A stretch of DNA of 64,000 bases. It comes from a virus. Taxonomy: Duplodnaviria; Heunggongvirae; Uroviricota; Caudoviricetes. Of this stretch, positions 37,138-46,909 are shown in pieces. The translations under genes and the position numbers were made by a program. Position 1 is the first letter of the stretch. Each line of letters starts with the position of its first letter. The DNA lies in the IMG/VR virus record IMGVR_UViG_3300012347_000256; one strand, 5' to 3'. A model generated the notes under the pieces. The model was given only the letters and a program-made list of their open reading frames with translations. It was not told the origin of the DNA and searched no databases.

Positions 37138-37356
37138 ATGAACTGCATTACTTGCAAACGATACTTTAAGCACACAGCCTTCAATAGAACGCAAGAATGT
37201 GATCATTGCTTGGATACGTTAGATAATTCTTTTGATGCTTTGGATTCAGAGCTTCAAGTGGATGTTAGCATTCTACGAAATCCTTCAGGTAGAACAAGTC
37301 CAGTGTTTTATGATGAGTATAATGATCCTGAGATGGATTGCAGAGATTCTGTATAA
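37138..37356 (+). CDS. small Cys-containing ORF
   Basis: 72 aa with CITCKR...CDHC. Lies in a mostly non-coding stretch. Confidence 0.3.
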   Translation: MNCITCKRYFKHTAFNRTQECDHCLDTLDNSFDALDSELQVDVSILRNPSGRTSPVFYDEYNDPEMDCRDSV

Positions 37357-37687
37357 AGTTCTTGACAGATGTAAGATCATAAGATATAATAAATATATAG
37401 CGGGTGGGCGGCTGGTAGTCGCATGGAGTTTCATATGCTCTAGAAAAGCTACGTTCGATTCGTAGACAACGCAACCCAACACAGTCGTTTATTCCGTAGA
37501 ACCCAAGCATGGTGCATGGGCTTGACTGTTAATCAATGTTTAGCTGGGATCGTTACCCAGATACGGAGCCATATAATACGTTGTAGATCAGGACCGGGAA
37601 GTCCGTGGCATTTGGCAATTAAGTCCACTTGCCTAGTTTAAGCACCTCAAAACAACAACGTATATTTAGCAAACAATAAGGAAACAT

Positions 37688-37969
37688 ATGAATGAAGTCA
37701 AAGTGCTAGAAGCCAAAGGTATGTACTCTTGGTTTCTTTATAAGTTCAATTACGGTGCTATTACAATGCCTTGGAAAACTATCCATATCAGAAGCGATAG
37801 AATCGGAATTCAATATAAAGCTTTACTCAATCATGAGCTTGTACACATAGATCAAATAAAACGCTTAGGTGCTATTAAATGGACTATTAAATATTTTTAT
37901 TACCAGCTAAGATACGGATATCTTGATAACCCTTTCGAGGTAGAAGCAAGAAGTAAATCCGGTTGGTAA
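37688..37969 (+). CDS. hypothetical protein with HExxH motif
   Basis: 93 aa, HELVH. Confidence 0.35.
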   Translation: MNEVKVLEAKGMYSWFLYKFNYGAITMPWKTIHIRSDRIGIQYKALLNHELVHIDQIKRLGAIKWTIKYFYYQLRYGYLDNPFEVEARSKSGW

Positions 37970-38356
37970 TTATCAGGGTACGTATACCGTTAAGGAGACG
38001 GTCTTGTCTGTAAAACAAGCGCTTTAAGCTCGGGTGGATCGTTACCACCAGTGCCCACCACATACTGTCCACTGTCCATAGACAAAGGACGATACCAAAC
38101 CTACCTTGGGTCCGAAGTCACCTCGGTTTTAGGCGTCCCTCGAATCTGTTGCGAGGTAACATGAAGTGTAGAAGCTTCAGGTAAGCATTGCCAAGTGCTT
38201 ATGCAAAGAATACAGCGTTCCTTCTGCGATATCCACGAAAGGGATATCCCGTAGTCGTAAGCGGGACTAATTTATACAACAGCTAGGTTGGCCGACCGAA
38301 AAGACGATTATCCACCGTCCTGCTGATTGTTTATGAGTGGAGTGTTAGGATAACAT

Positions 38357-38962
38357 ATGAATAAGATTTGTAAACGATGCAAAATAGATAAAGACATCAC
38401 TGCTTTTTATAAGTTAAATAAATCAAAAGATGGTCATCAACATGTTTGTAAAACTTGTGAAAAAGAATACAAAGATCGTAATAAAGAACATTGTGAAAAC
38501 TATCGAAAACTTTATGTAATTCAGAATAAAGAAAAAATTTCTGAATATCGTAAAGAATATAATAAAATAAATGAAAATAAAATTGCAGAGCAAAAACAAA
38601 AATATTATGAAGAGAATAAAGATAGAATTTCTTTGTATTATGACCTAAATAAAGAAAAAATTGCAATAAGAAGAAAAGATTATTATAAAGAAAATAAACC
38701 TTATTTTATTGCTTCAGCTGCAAAAAGAAAAGCGATTAAACTACAAGCAACACCTTCTTGGTTAACTGATGAAGATTTTAAAAATATCCAGAAATTTTAC
38801 GAAGAGTCTTATTATTTAAGACTTTTAACTGGAGAAGAATATCATGTAGACCATATTGTACCTTTACAAGGAAAAACAGTTTGTGGATTACATGTGCCGT
38901 GGAATTTACAAATTTTGACAGCAAAAGAAAATATAGCAAAGTCAAATAAATTTGACACATAA
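38357..38962 (+). CDS. HNH homing endonuclease (same zinc-finger-HNH family as 15792 and 23388)
   Basis: 201 aa. CKRCKIDK...CKTC. HVDHIVPLQGKTVCGLHVPWNLQIL. Confidence 0.8.
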   Translation: MNKICKRCKIDKDITAFYKLNKSKDGHQHVCKTCEKEYKDRNKEHCENYRKLYVIQNKEKISEYRKEYNKINENKIAEQKQKYYEENKDRISLYYDLNKEKIAIRRKDYYKENKPYFIASAAKRKAIKLQATPSWLTDEDFKNIQKFYEESYYLRLLTGEEYHVDHIVPLQGKTVCGLHVPWNLQILTAKENIAKSNKFDT

Positions 38963-38973
38963 TAGGAAAATAT

Positions 38974-39315
38974 ATGACATGGAATAAAGGTCAAAGCGGT
39001 AACCTGCAAGGAAGACCCAAGAAAGAAAATATGCTTGATCGTCCGACTAACCGTCAGCTAAAAGATAAAGAGCTTGTTACCTTACTGCGTAAGATCAAAC
39101 CCATTATCTCTGACGCTATTATCACTGCAGCGGCAGTTATGAAAAACGAAGAAGCTAGTCATCAAAATCAATTAAAAGCTGCTACTATCTTACTGGATAA
39201 TTACAGAAGATTAGTGCTTGATTTATACGATGGTGAAGATGACGCAGAAGCTGGTGTTGAGATTCAACAAAATAACGCACCTGTGTTTAGCTTGAAAATG
39301 GTTAACTCAGATTAA
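38974..39315 (+). CDS. terminase small subunit (DUF5681-like)
   Basis: 113 aa. N-terminal KGQSGNLQGRPK motif. Sits immediately upstream of the large terminase. Confidence 0.55.
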   Translation: MTWNKGQSGNLQGRPKKENMLDRPTNRQLKDKELVTLLRKIKPIISDAIITAAAVMKNEEASHQNQLKAATILLDNYRRLVLDLYDGEDDAEAGVEIQQNNAPVFSLKMVNSD

Positions 39316-39326
39316 TAAATACAAGT

Positions 39327-40796
39327 ATGAATAATGACAATGTAGTTTTTTCACCTGCGTCTTCTGCTCAAGAGCAGTTTTTAAATAGTGAATGCGATAT
39401 TACCTTTTATGGTGGTGCAGCTGGAGCGGGTAAATCACATTGTTTACTAGGTTCATTTTTAAAGTTCTGCCATCACCCTAGAACTAGAGGTGTAATCTTT
39501 CGCAGAACAACCAAGCAGCTGACAAACCCCGGTGGTTTATTTGACGCTGCTATTAATCTTTATAAAAAGGTTGACCCTAAGTTAAGAGTTCGTATGCGAG
39601 AACTGGAGTTAATCTTTAGTTCTGGTGCTACACTTAAATTCGCTTATTTAGATAACCCTTCTGATAAATATAACTTTCAAGGTGCAGAGCTTACCTTTAT
39701 TGCCTTTGATGAGATTCAGCAATTATCTGAAGATAACGTAATGTACTTACTGTCTCGTTTGCGTTCTACAAGCGTAGGCTATAAAAAACAAGTAGTAGCC
39801 ACAGGAAACCCTGAGTACGATAGTTTCATTCGGCATTGGGTTGAATTCGCTTTAGACGAGCGTGGTATTCCTGTTAGAAAAGAAGTCTACCCTACTCGGT
39901 ATATGATTCAAGTAGAAGGTGGTCGTATTCAATGGGCTAACTCCAGACAAGAGCTTGAAGATATCTACGGCGCTGGTAATGAAAGTGGTATCCTTTCTTT
40001 TAAATTCATTCCGGGAACTATTTACGATAATCCTCCTTTGATGAAGGCCGATCCTACTTATGTTTCTAAACTAAAGGCTTTACCTCGTGTAGAAATGGAA
40101 AGACTTTTACTTGGCTCTTGGTACGCAAGGCAAGAAACAGCAGGTTACTGGAAAAGAGAATGGTGTCAAATGGTGGATCATCCTAACGGAAGAGCTACAC
40201 AAAGAGTTCGCTGTTATGACCTTGCCTTTACCGCAGAGAGTGAACAAAATAAATCCCCTGACTGGACACGAGGTGTATTAATCTCAAAAGATAAGTCCAG
40301 CACATATACTGTAGAAGATGTAGTTTCAATCCGAAATAGAGTGCATGAAGTAGAAAGACTAATCTTTGAAACAGCAGTAAGAGATGGTCAAGAAGTAATG
40401 ATTTCAATCCCTCTAGACCCTGCAGCTGCAGCTGGAGCTTATGCAAAAGGTCTACAAAGGCAACTAGCTGAAATGGGTTTTAACGTAAGGCTAACAAGGC
40501 CTGTTAAATCCAAGATTACTCGCTTTGCTCCATTTAGTAGTGTATCACAAGCTGGCTTTGTTCACATCGTAAAAGCTGACTGGAATAAAGCATTCTTTGA
40601 AGAGCTTGAGATGTTTAACGGTGATCGTGCAAATAAAGACGATCAGGTGGACTGCTGTTCAGATGCGATGGTGCTTTTAAATAAAGACATGCAACTACCC
40701 TCTTTCACCTTACCGGACTTTACAGGCACAAATCCATTTGACGGTAGTATCTCAGGTAATAACATTCCATCTTACAACGGTGTAACCATAGGTTAA
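39327..40796 (+). CDS. terminase large subunit
   Basis: 489 aa. Walker A FYGGAAGAGKS, Walker B IAFDE. C-terminal nuclease-like region. Confidence 0.85.
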   Translation: MNNDNVVFSPASSAQEQFLNSECDITFYGGAAGAGKSHCLLGSFLKFCHHPRTRGVIFRRTTKQLTNPGGLFDAAINLYKKVDPKLRVRMRELELIFSSGATLKFAYLDNPSDKYNFQGAELTFIAFDEIQQLSEDNVMYLLSRLRSTSVGYKKQVVATGNPEYDSFIRHWVEFALDERGIPVRKEVYPTRYMIQVEGGRIQWANSRQELEDIYGAGNESGILSFKFIPGTIYDNPPLMKADPTYVSKLKALPRVEMERLLLGSWYARQETAGYWKREWCQMVDHPNGRATQRVRCYDLAFTAESEQNKSPDWTRGVLISKDKSSTYTVEDVVSIRNRVHEVERLIFETAVRDGQEVMISIPLDPAAAAGAYAKGLQRQLAEMGFNVRLTRPVKSKITRFAPFSSVSQAGFVHIVKADWNKAFFEELEMFNGDRANKDDQVDCCSDAMVLLNKDMQLPSFTLPDFTGTNPFDGSISGNNIPSYNGVTIG

Positions 40797-40826
40797 TCAC
40801 TTCAAATAACTGAAAAGGAGCCTTTA

Positions 40827-42308
40827 ATGGCTGAACGAAAAACTAAAACTACTTTGACAAAAGCACTAGATGAAACTCCAGATCGGTTTAAACTAAGCGA
40901 AAGCGGTTATCTTGGACTTAACATATTCAGTGGTGTGACCAGTGACGAACTCAAAAGAGAACTAAACTTTCCGCATAGTCTTAACACTTATAAGCAAATG
41001 TCTTATCATGGTACGATTAATTCCGCACTGACATTATACGAGAATCTAATCGGTAAAGTAGATTGGGCATTTAAGCCTGTAAAAGACGCAAGTGAAGAAG
41101 AGCTAAAGCAAGCAAGAATCATCAACGAAATGATGCATGATTTTACTGACCAAACATGGTCGGATTTTATCTCTGAAGCTTTAAGTGCAAATATGTACGG
41201 TTTCTCTGTGCATGAAAAAGTATATCGTAGGCGTTTAAAAGCCAATGGCTCAAAGTACGATGACGGTCTTATCGGATGGAAAAAGCTTCCAATTCGTAAC
41301 CAAGAGACAATTGATAAGTTTTTATTTAGTGAAGACGGCAATGAAGTAAAAGGTGTAAAGCAAAACCTATCTGCCGTTTCTGATGTATATAATCGCTACT
41401 CTGCTCGTACTAATAACACTGTGCTTTTACCTCGTAGTAAAATTCTGTTGTTTCGTGCAGGTAGGCACAAAGGTGATCCATTTGGTAAATCCATGCTTCG
41501 TGATGCTTACCTTGCTTGGAGATTCTTAAGTGTAATCGAAGAGATTGAAGCAAACGGTGTAGCTAAGGATTTAGCTGGACTTCCAGTGCTAAAGCTACCT
41601 CCGCAGTATTTATCCTCTGATGCATCACCAGAGCAAAAAAGCATTAAAGCGTATTATGAGAACGTAATGCGTAACTTGCAGCTAAATCAGCAATCAGCTT
41701 TGATTCTACCACAAGCTCATGATCCTGATACACGCCAGCCTTTATTTGAGCTAGAGCTTCTGTCTTTAAACGGCAGTAAAGCAATGGACACATCCAAGAT
41801 CAAAGAGTACTACAAGAATTTAATTCTTACGTCTTTATTTGCAGATATTCTAGTGCTAGGTCAATCAGGTGGTGGCTCTAACGCTTTAGGTCAAGTCAAA
41901 AATTCCTTATCTGCCACTGCAGCTGAATCAATGCTGCGAAAGATTCGTGATGTTATTAACGATGATTTAATCAAGCAAACATATGAGTTAAATGGTTGGG
42001 ATACCTCTCGCATGGGTTCTATGGATTTTGATAATCTAGAGTCTGAAGATTTAGAGTCATTCTCAAAAGCAATTCAGCGTTTCGCTAGTACATCCGTGAT
42101 TGAAGTTGATCGTGCCGTATTAAACCGTGTACGTGAATCAATCGGCGTAGATTCTTTGCCGCAAGACCAAGAGCCTAATCAAGCTTTACTTCCAGCTAAG
42201 ACTTCAAGAAGCGGTGATGGTATGGCTGTAGGCACTACTGGTAACGGTACTGCAACATCCGTAAGCGGTTCAGATACAAGTTCAAGTAATTTAGAAAACG
42301 TAGGATAA
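40827..42308 (+). CDS. portal protein
   Basis: 493 aa, directly downstream of TerL; size and position are typical. Confidence 0.65.
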   Translation: MAERKTKTTLTKALDETPDRFKLSESGYLGLNIFSGVTSDELKRELNFPHSLNTYKQMSYHGTINSALTLYENLIGKVDWAFKPVKDASEEELKQARIINEMMHDFTDQTWSDFISEALSANMYGFSVHEKVYRRRLKANGSKYDDGLIGWKKLPIRNQETIDKFLFSEDGNEVKGVKQNLSAVSDVYNRYSARTNNTVLLPRSKILLFRAGRHKGDPFGKSMLRDAYLAWRFLSVIEEIEANGVAKDLAGLPVLKLPPQYLSSDASPEQKSIKAYYENVMRNLQLNQQSALILPQAHDPDTRQPLFELELLSLNGSKAMDTSKIKEYYKNLILTSLFADILVLGQSGGGSNALGQVKNSLSATAAESMLRKIRDVINDDLIKQTYELNGWDTSRMGSMDFDNLESEDLESFSKAIQRFASTSVIEVDRAVLNRVRESIGVDSLPQDQEPNQALLPAKTSRSGDGMAVGTTGNGTATSVSGSDTSSSNLENVG

Positions 42309-42309
42309 T

Positions 42310-42543
42310 ATGCCATATTCAATGCAAGGTAATGTACCACAATGGGCTTCAAAGAAATCTGACGCTGTAAAGAAAGTAGCAATCGAAGTGTTTAATCAAA
42401 CGCTAAAAGATACGGGCTCTGAAGAAAAAGCTCGTATCGCTTCGTTAGCTGCGATGAAAAATGCCGAAGAGTCTTTTAAGAAGAACAAAGTAAAGAAATC
42501 CGTAGAAAGTATTATTAAATCAAAATACTTGGATTTAGCTTGA
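42310..42543 (+). CDS. hypothetical protein
   Basis: 77 aa. Confidence 0.4.
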   Translation: MPYSMQGNVPQWASKKSDAVKKVAIEVFNQTLKDTGSEEKARIASLAAMKNAEESFKKNKVKKSVESIIKSKYLDLA

Positions 42544-42620
42544 AATACTAATAACTATATGCTATAATGTCTAGAACACCCGAGATTATTCTCGGGTTAT
42601 TCTTGTTTAAAGGAACTCCA

Positions 42621-44033
42621 ATGCAATGGTCTGCAGATAATCTACCAGCTTCAATAAAAAATAAACCTCTGAAATACCAGCAGTTGTTTATCAAGACTGC
42701 TAATGCTGCACTTGCCAAAGGTTTCTCTAAAGATGAATCTATGTTTGCTGGAGCTAATGCTGTAAAGATAGAAGAGAATAAGAATAAACCCGCAAAAGAA
42801 GCAAAAGTAAAACCTGCGGTAACTCCTTCGCTTCCTTCGCACGTACCTTCTACCAGAAGCTTTACCGATCCTTTTGAGGTTGTGTCCAAGGCGCTAGAAC
42901 CTATAGCACCAACCATAAAAGCAGCGGAGTTTGACGCTCAAGGTCATCTTGTCATTCTTATGTCTGATGGTAAACGAATAGTAACCAAAGGTAAAGCCGT
43001 AGAGCAGCACATTCAACAAAGCGTAGGTGTTTCTGTTAATCCTGTGTTTGATCACGTACAGATGAACACTACTGCTGGTTATACTTCTGAGGATTATCTT
43101 CCCGGTATGATGACTTGGAACGAATTTGAAGATTGCTTGGATATTGTACAAAACGATAATACTATCCTTCAAGTCGGACTAGAGCAATATATTGAAGTAA
43201 TAAATACAACAGCTGGTACTTTAAGCAATGGTAGCGTAGTGAGATTTTCAGGTGTAAGCCTAGAAGAAATTCCTGAAGCATTTCCTTTACTAGCAGACGG
43301 TAGCATACCTTCATTGTATATTATTGGTATTTTAACCAATACGTTAATACCCGGTCAAAGAGGTAGAGCTACAATTTTAGGTAAAGTGCGTAACCTCAAT
43401 ACCACTGGATCAGACGTAGGTGAAACATGGCAAAAAGGTACATTACTTTGGGCACATCCTACAATACCGGGAAAGATGACAAGTGTTCAACCCACTGCAC
43501 CTAACGTTGTAATTTCAGTAGCTGCAGTTTTAAAAGCACATGAAACACAAGGTATTATCTTAGCAAGACCTGTAATATTTCCTAGATTATTTTATGGAGT
43601 CTTCTCAAGTTCTGTAACACAAACACCACCTAGCATTAATACTCCACATAACGTGCATTTTGAAAACACTGACATTTCAAGTGGCGTAAGAGTAATAGAT
43701 CAAAACAAGATTACCACAGATAATGCAGGTCTTTATTCTTTTGATTTTAGACTGCAGTTAACATCTTCTAATTCATCACAAAAAGAAATGTACATATGGG
43801 CTAGAAAGAACGGTGTAGACATACCAAGAAGTAATTCTAAGGTTACCATCGTTGGTAACGGTGTAGAGCTAGTACCATCTTGGAGTTTTTCAGTCAGTAT
43901 GCAAATCGGGGATTATTTTGAGTTAATGTACGCAGTAAGTGATACAGCTATTTCAATCAACGCTCCCGCTAATACAGCATTTGCACCAGCAACACCTTCT
44001 GCTACTTTACGTGTAAGTCAGATCAATCTATAA
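42621..44033 (+). CDS. hypothetical virion-module protein (minor head or accessory)
   Basis: Trimmed to the ATG after AAAGGAAC. 470 aa. Confidence 0.5.
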   Translation: MQWSADNLPASIKNKPLKYQQLFIKTANAALAKGFSKDESMFAGANAVKIEENKNKPAKEAKVKPAVTPSLPSHVPSTRSFTDPFEVVSKALEPIAPTIKAAEFDAQGHLVILMSDGKRIVTKGKAVEQHIQQSVGVSVNPVFDHVQMNTTAGYTSEDYLPGMMTWNEFEDCLDIVQNDNTILQVGLEQYIEVINTTAGTLSNGSVVRFSGVSLEEIPEAFPLLADGSIPSLYIIGILTNTLIPGQRGRATILGKVRNLNTTGSDVGETWQKGTLLWAHPTIPGKMTSVQPTAPNVVISVAAVLKAHETQGIILARPVIFPRLFYGVFSSSVTQTPPSINTPHNVHFENTDISSGVRVIDQNKITTDNAGLYSFDFRLQLTSSNSSQKEMYIWARKNGVDIPRSNSKVTIVGNGVELVPSWSFSVSMQIGDYFELMYAVSDTAISINAPANTAFAPATPSATLRVSQINL

Positions 44034-44063
44034 ACAAATACACAAACATATTAAGGAAAAATC

Positions 44064-44435
44064 ATGAGTACAGTAATTGAAGGCGTATTTACGCAAGCAG
44101 GTCAAGCAGATCAAGTACTACCGTTAAAGGTAGATTCTACAGGTAATATGCAAATCAATATTACAACCAGAGCGTGCGTTGGCCGTCAAACAATCAGTGT
44201 CACTACAGGAGCGGTAGTAACTCTTACGGTCCCTACGGGAGCTGTAGCTGCAAGTATTCAAGCAGATGGTAGTGCAGTGAGTATTACCTTAGATGGCACT
44301 ACTCCTACAGCTACCGTTGGTTCACGTATTGATGATGGTATGTTTTATTACGTAGATACTAGCCTTGCTGCAGTTAAACTAATCGCTCGTAGTGCTACAA
44401 CAAACATTCAAGTTGTTTATTTCAACAAGGCTTGA
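44064..44435 (+). CDS. hypothetical beta-rich protein
   Basis: 123 aa, T/V/S-rich. Confidence 0.5.
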   Translation: MSTVIEGVFTQAGQADQVLPLKVDSTGNMQINITTRACVGRQTISVTTGAVVTLTVPTGAVAASIQADGSAVSITLDGTTPTATVGSRIDDGMFYYVDTSLAAVKLIARSATTNIQVVYFNKA

Positions 44436-46180
44436 TCATGAGAGCAATAGATCGTTTATTGCGACATAGACCTACTGCAGGTGGAATGTCACTTGCAGGG
44501 AAGATTAGAGCTTTGTTTTCTAGTGGCGAACAAGGCTGGTGGTATGACCCGTCGAACTTCGCCACCCTGTTCCAAGACGCCGCAGGCACCACGCCCGTGA
44601 CAGCGATGGAGCAGCCTGTGGGGTTGCAGTTGGACTTGAGCAAGGGGTTGGTGCTTGGGAGTGAAATTCTTACCAACGGTACGTTTGACTCCAGCATTGC
44701 CGGGTGGACGGCTGGTGCAGGTTCTGCGGCATGGGTAGCAGGAACAGCCCAAATCACTGGGTCTTCTGGTGTAATTGCACGCCTTTACCAAGGGATGACG
44801 CTGACGGCGGGCCAGTGGTATCGCATGACGGCCACTTGTATTTCTACTACTGACGCATCTGCGACCCTTGAGTTTTTAGGCGGAAGTGTTAGCACAACTT
44901 TTACCGCTGGGCAAACTAAGAGCCTGTACTTTTCCCCTGCCTCAACAGGGACGTTTTACGCGCAGGTTCGCAACACAAACGCTGGTGCAGTAGTTTCCTC
45001 ATTCGACAACATTTCCGTTCAATCCCTTGCAGGCAACCACCGCTTCCAGTCCACCAGCGCGAACAGGCCTGTGGTATCTGCGCGGGTGAACTTGCTGACC
45101 AAGACTGATACTTTTTACGTCACGGGTTCTCCTTGGTTTGCTTCTGGCTTTTCAACTTCCAGCACGGCAAACAACCTGATCCCATCAACGTCATCTGTGG
45201 CCCACACATGGGGGCAGACTGCACCTACAACAGTTGGCACAGCACTCGTTGCGAAATGCTGGATTAAACCAAACGGCTACAACACGGCGGTGCTGCAACT
45301 AGGCGGATGCACTGGAACACCAACGGCGTTTTTTAATGCGTCCACTGGTGTCATTACAGGTCAGACGGGATCGCCTGCCGCAACAATGGTGCTTCAGTCA
45401 GATGGGTATTACGAATGCACTATCAACGGGGTGGCTTCATCAACTACGCCGGGTCTTGTATCGTATGTTGTGGCATTGGACAACACCACACTGGTTTTTG
45501 CTGGTGACGGCACAAGTGGTCTTCTGTATCAAAAGGCCGATGTCCGACCCACAAACCAAGGCGTAGGCCTCCCCGTTTACCAGCGCGTCAACACCAGCAC
45601 GGACTACGACTCCGTGGGCTTTCCGACGTACATCAAGCCCAACGGCAGCAACCAGTTCATGGTGGCCAACAGCATCAACTTCAGCGCCACGGACAAGATG
45701 ACCGTGTGGCAGGGGGTTAGGAAGTTGAGTGATGCTGCGACAGGGCGTGTTGCTGAAATTTCAGTGAATGCCGCCGTAAACGCAGGGGCTTTTGCTATTA
45801 CAGCACCAGAAGGAGCGGCTTCGAATTATGGGTTTTTCTTGCGTGGTGACACAGGGTATCCGGGTTATTCAGCCACCACTTTTGCTGCGCCAGTGACAAA
45901 TGTTTTGTCTGTGGCTTATGACATCTCTGGGGCCGCAATCGCTGATGAAATAAAGCCACGAATTAACGGCGCAACCCCAACGCTTGGCATCTCTGCGGCG
46001 GGTCCAGCAGGCGGTGGAAATTTCGGCACTTACCCAGCCTACTTCTACATGCGTGCTGGTTCGTCACTGCCCTTCAACGGCAACGACTACGGCTCAATCG
46101 CCCGTGGCGCAGCATCCACCGCCGCGCAGATCACGGCTGGTGAGACGTACATAAATTCTAAAACTAGGGCTTTCGCTTGA
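44432..46180 (+). CDS. hypothetical G/S/T-rich protein encoded by a strongly GC-rich gene (fibre- or carbohydrate-binding-like); probable horizontal acquisition
   Basis: 582 aa. The local GC is far above the rest of the window, which causes spurious antisense ORFs. Confidence 0.55.
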   Translation: MIMRAIDRLLRHRPTAGGMSLAGKIRALFSSGEQGWWYDPSNFATLFQDAAGTTPVTAMEQPVGLQLDLSKGLVLGSEILTNGTFDSSIAGWTAGAGSAAWVAGTAQITGSSGVIARLYQGMTLTAGQWYRMTATCISTTDASATLEFLGGSVSTTFTAGQTKSLYFSPASTGTFYAQVRNTNAGAVVSSFDNISVQSLAGNHRFQSTSANRPVVSARVNLLTKTDTFYVTGSPWFASGFSTSSTANNLIPSTSSVAHTWGQTAPTTVGTALVAKCWIKPNGYNTAVLQLGGCTGTPTAFFNASTGVITGQTGSPAATMVLQSDGYYECTINGVASSTTPGLVSYVVALDNTTLVFAGDGTSGLLYQKADVRPTNQGVGLPVYQRVNTSTDYDSVGFPTYIKPNGSNQFMVANSINFSATDKMTVWQGVRKLSDAATGRVAEISVNAAVNAGAFAITAPEGAASNYGFFLRGDTGYPGYSATTFAAPVTNVLSVAYDISGAAIADEIKPRINGATPTLGISAAGPAGGGNFGTYPAYFYMRAGSSLPFNGNDYGSIARGAASTAAQITAGETYINSKTRAFA

Positions 46181-46217
46181 TCACGAGTAGCAACATAAGT
46201 AACAATAAGGAAAATAC

Positions 46218-46487
46218 ATGAACTCAACTTTAGCAACCGTAATAATCCTTGCAGCTGATAAAACTACTGCACAAATGGACTTTCCTTTTTACTTTACAGC
46301 ACCTGCTTCTACAGACGGTACTCTACCAGTGACTCACTATTTAACCAATGGTTATTTTGATGATACTGAACTAGACACTATCTGCAATGACAGCACATGG
46401 CCTCGTAAAGTTTACTTTGGAGCATTAGAAGTTGGTTTACAAAAAGCTGGTTTAATGCTAGTGCAAGAAGCAACAGAAGCCGCTTAA
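46218..46487 (+). CDS. hypothetical protein
   Basis: 89 aa. Confidence 0.45.
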   Translation: MNSTLATVIILAADKTTAQMDFPFYFTAPASTDGTLPVTHYLTNGYFDDTELDTICNDSTWPRKVYFGALEVGLQKAGLMLVQEATEAA

Positions 46488-46488
46488 T

Positions 46489-46773
46489 ATGCCAGAAGAA
46501 ACTACAACATTAGGGACTGCATCATTAGAATACGGTGATCTATATCTAAAGTTCATTGACGAAGAACAAAGTATTGCAGCTTTAGAAGGTTACGAAGGAA
46601 GTATTGATGTTATTGGTATTATAGCTGATATCGACAATACTAATCCTGAAAATCCAATAATACTACCGCTAGAAGGATGGCACGTAAACATCCGTCTTGC
46701 TGCAGGTGAAGATGATTCTGTGCTAGAAGCTTTTAAGATTCAACCACGAAATCCTATGAGAGTTTGGGCTTAA
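46489..46773 (+). CDS. hypothetical acidic protein
   Basis: 94 aa. Confidence 0.45.
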   Translation: MPEETTTLGTASLEYGDLYLKFIDEEQSIAALEGYEGSIDVIGIIADIDNTNPENPIILPLEGWHVNIRLAAGEDDSVLEAFKIQPRNPMRVWA

Positions 46774-46909
46774 TAGTCAATATTTAAATTAAATCAAGTG
46801 AAAACTGTCGTATATAAATATATTGTCAATATTTCACTTGATTTTCAATTATAAGTATGATATAATTATGTTAATAAAGCTGATTAAGCTATAATTTATA
46901 AAGGTAAGT

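Noticed and set aside
37401-37476. tRNA candidate suggested by a T-arm-like CTACG-TTCGATT-CGTAG hairpin
   Set aside because: No 7-bp acceptor stem can be formed with the flanking sequence in either orientation. The D-arm lacks a GG-containing loop. It is probably just one of many local hairpins in this region.
44422-44791. Two minus-strand ORFs of 100-111 aa
   Set aside because: They are expected by-products of the high-GC segment, which has few stop codons, and sit antisense to the 582-aa gene.
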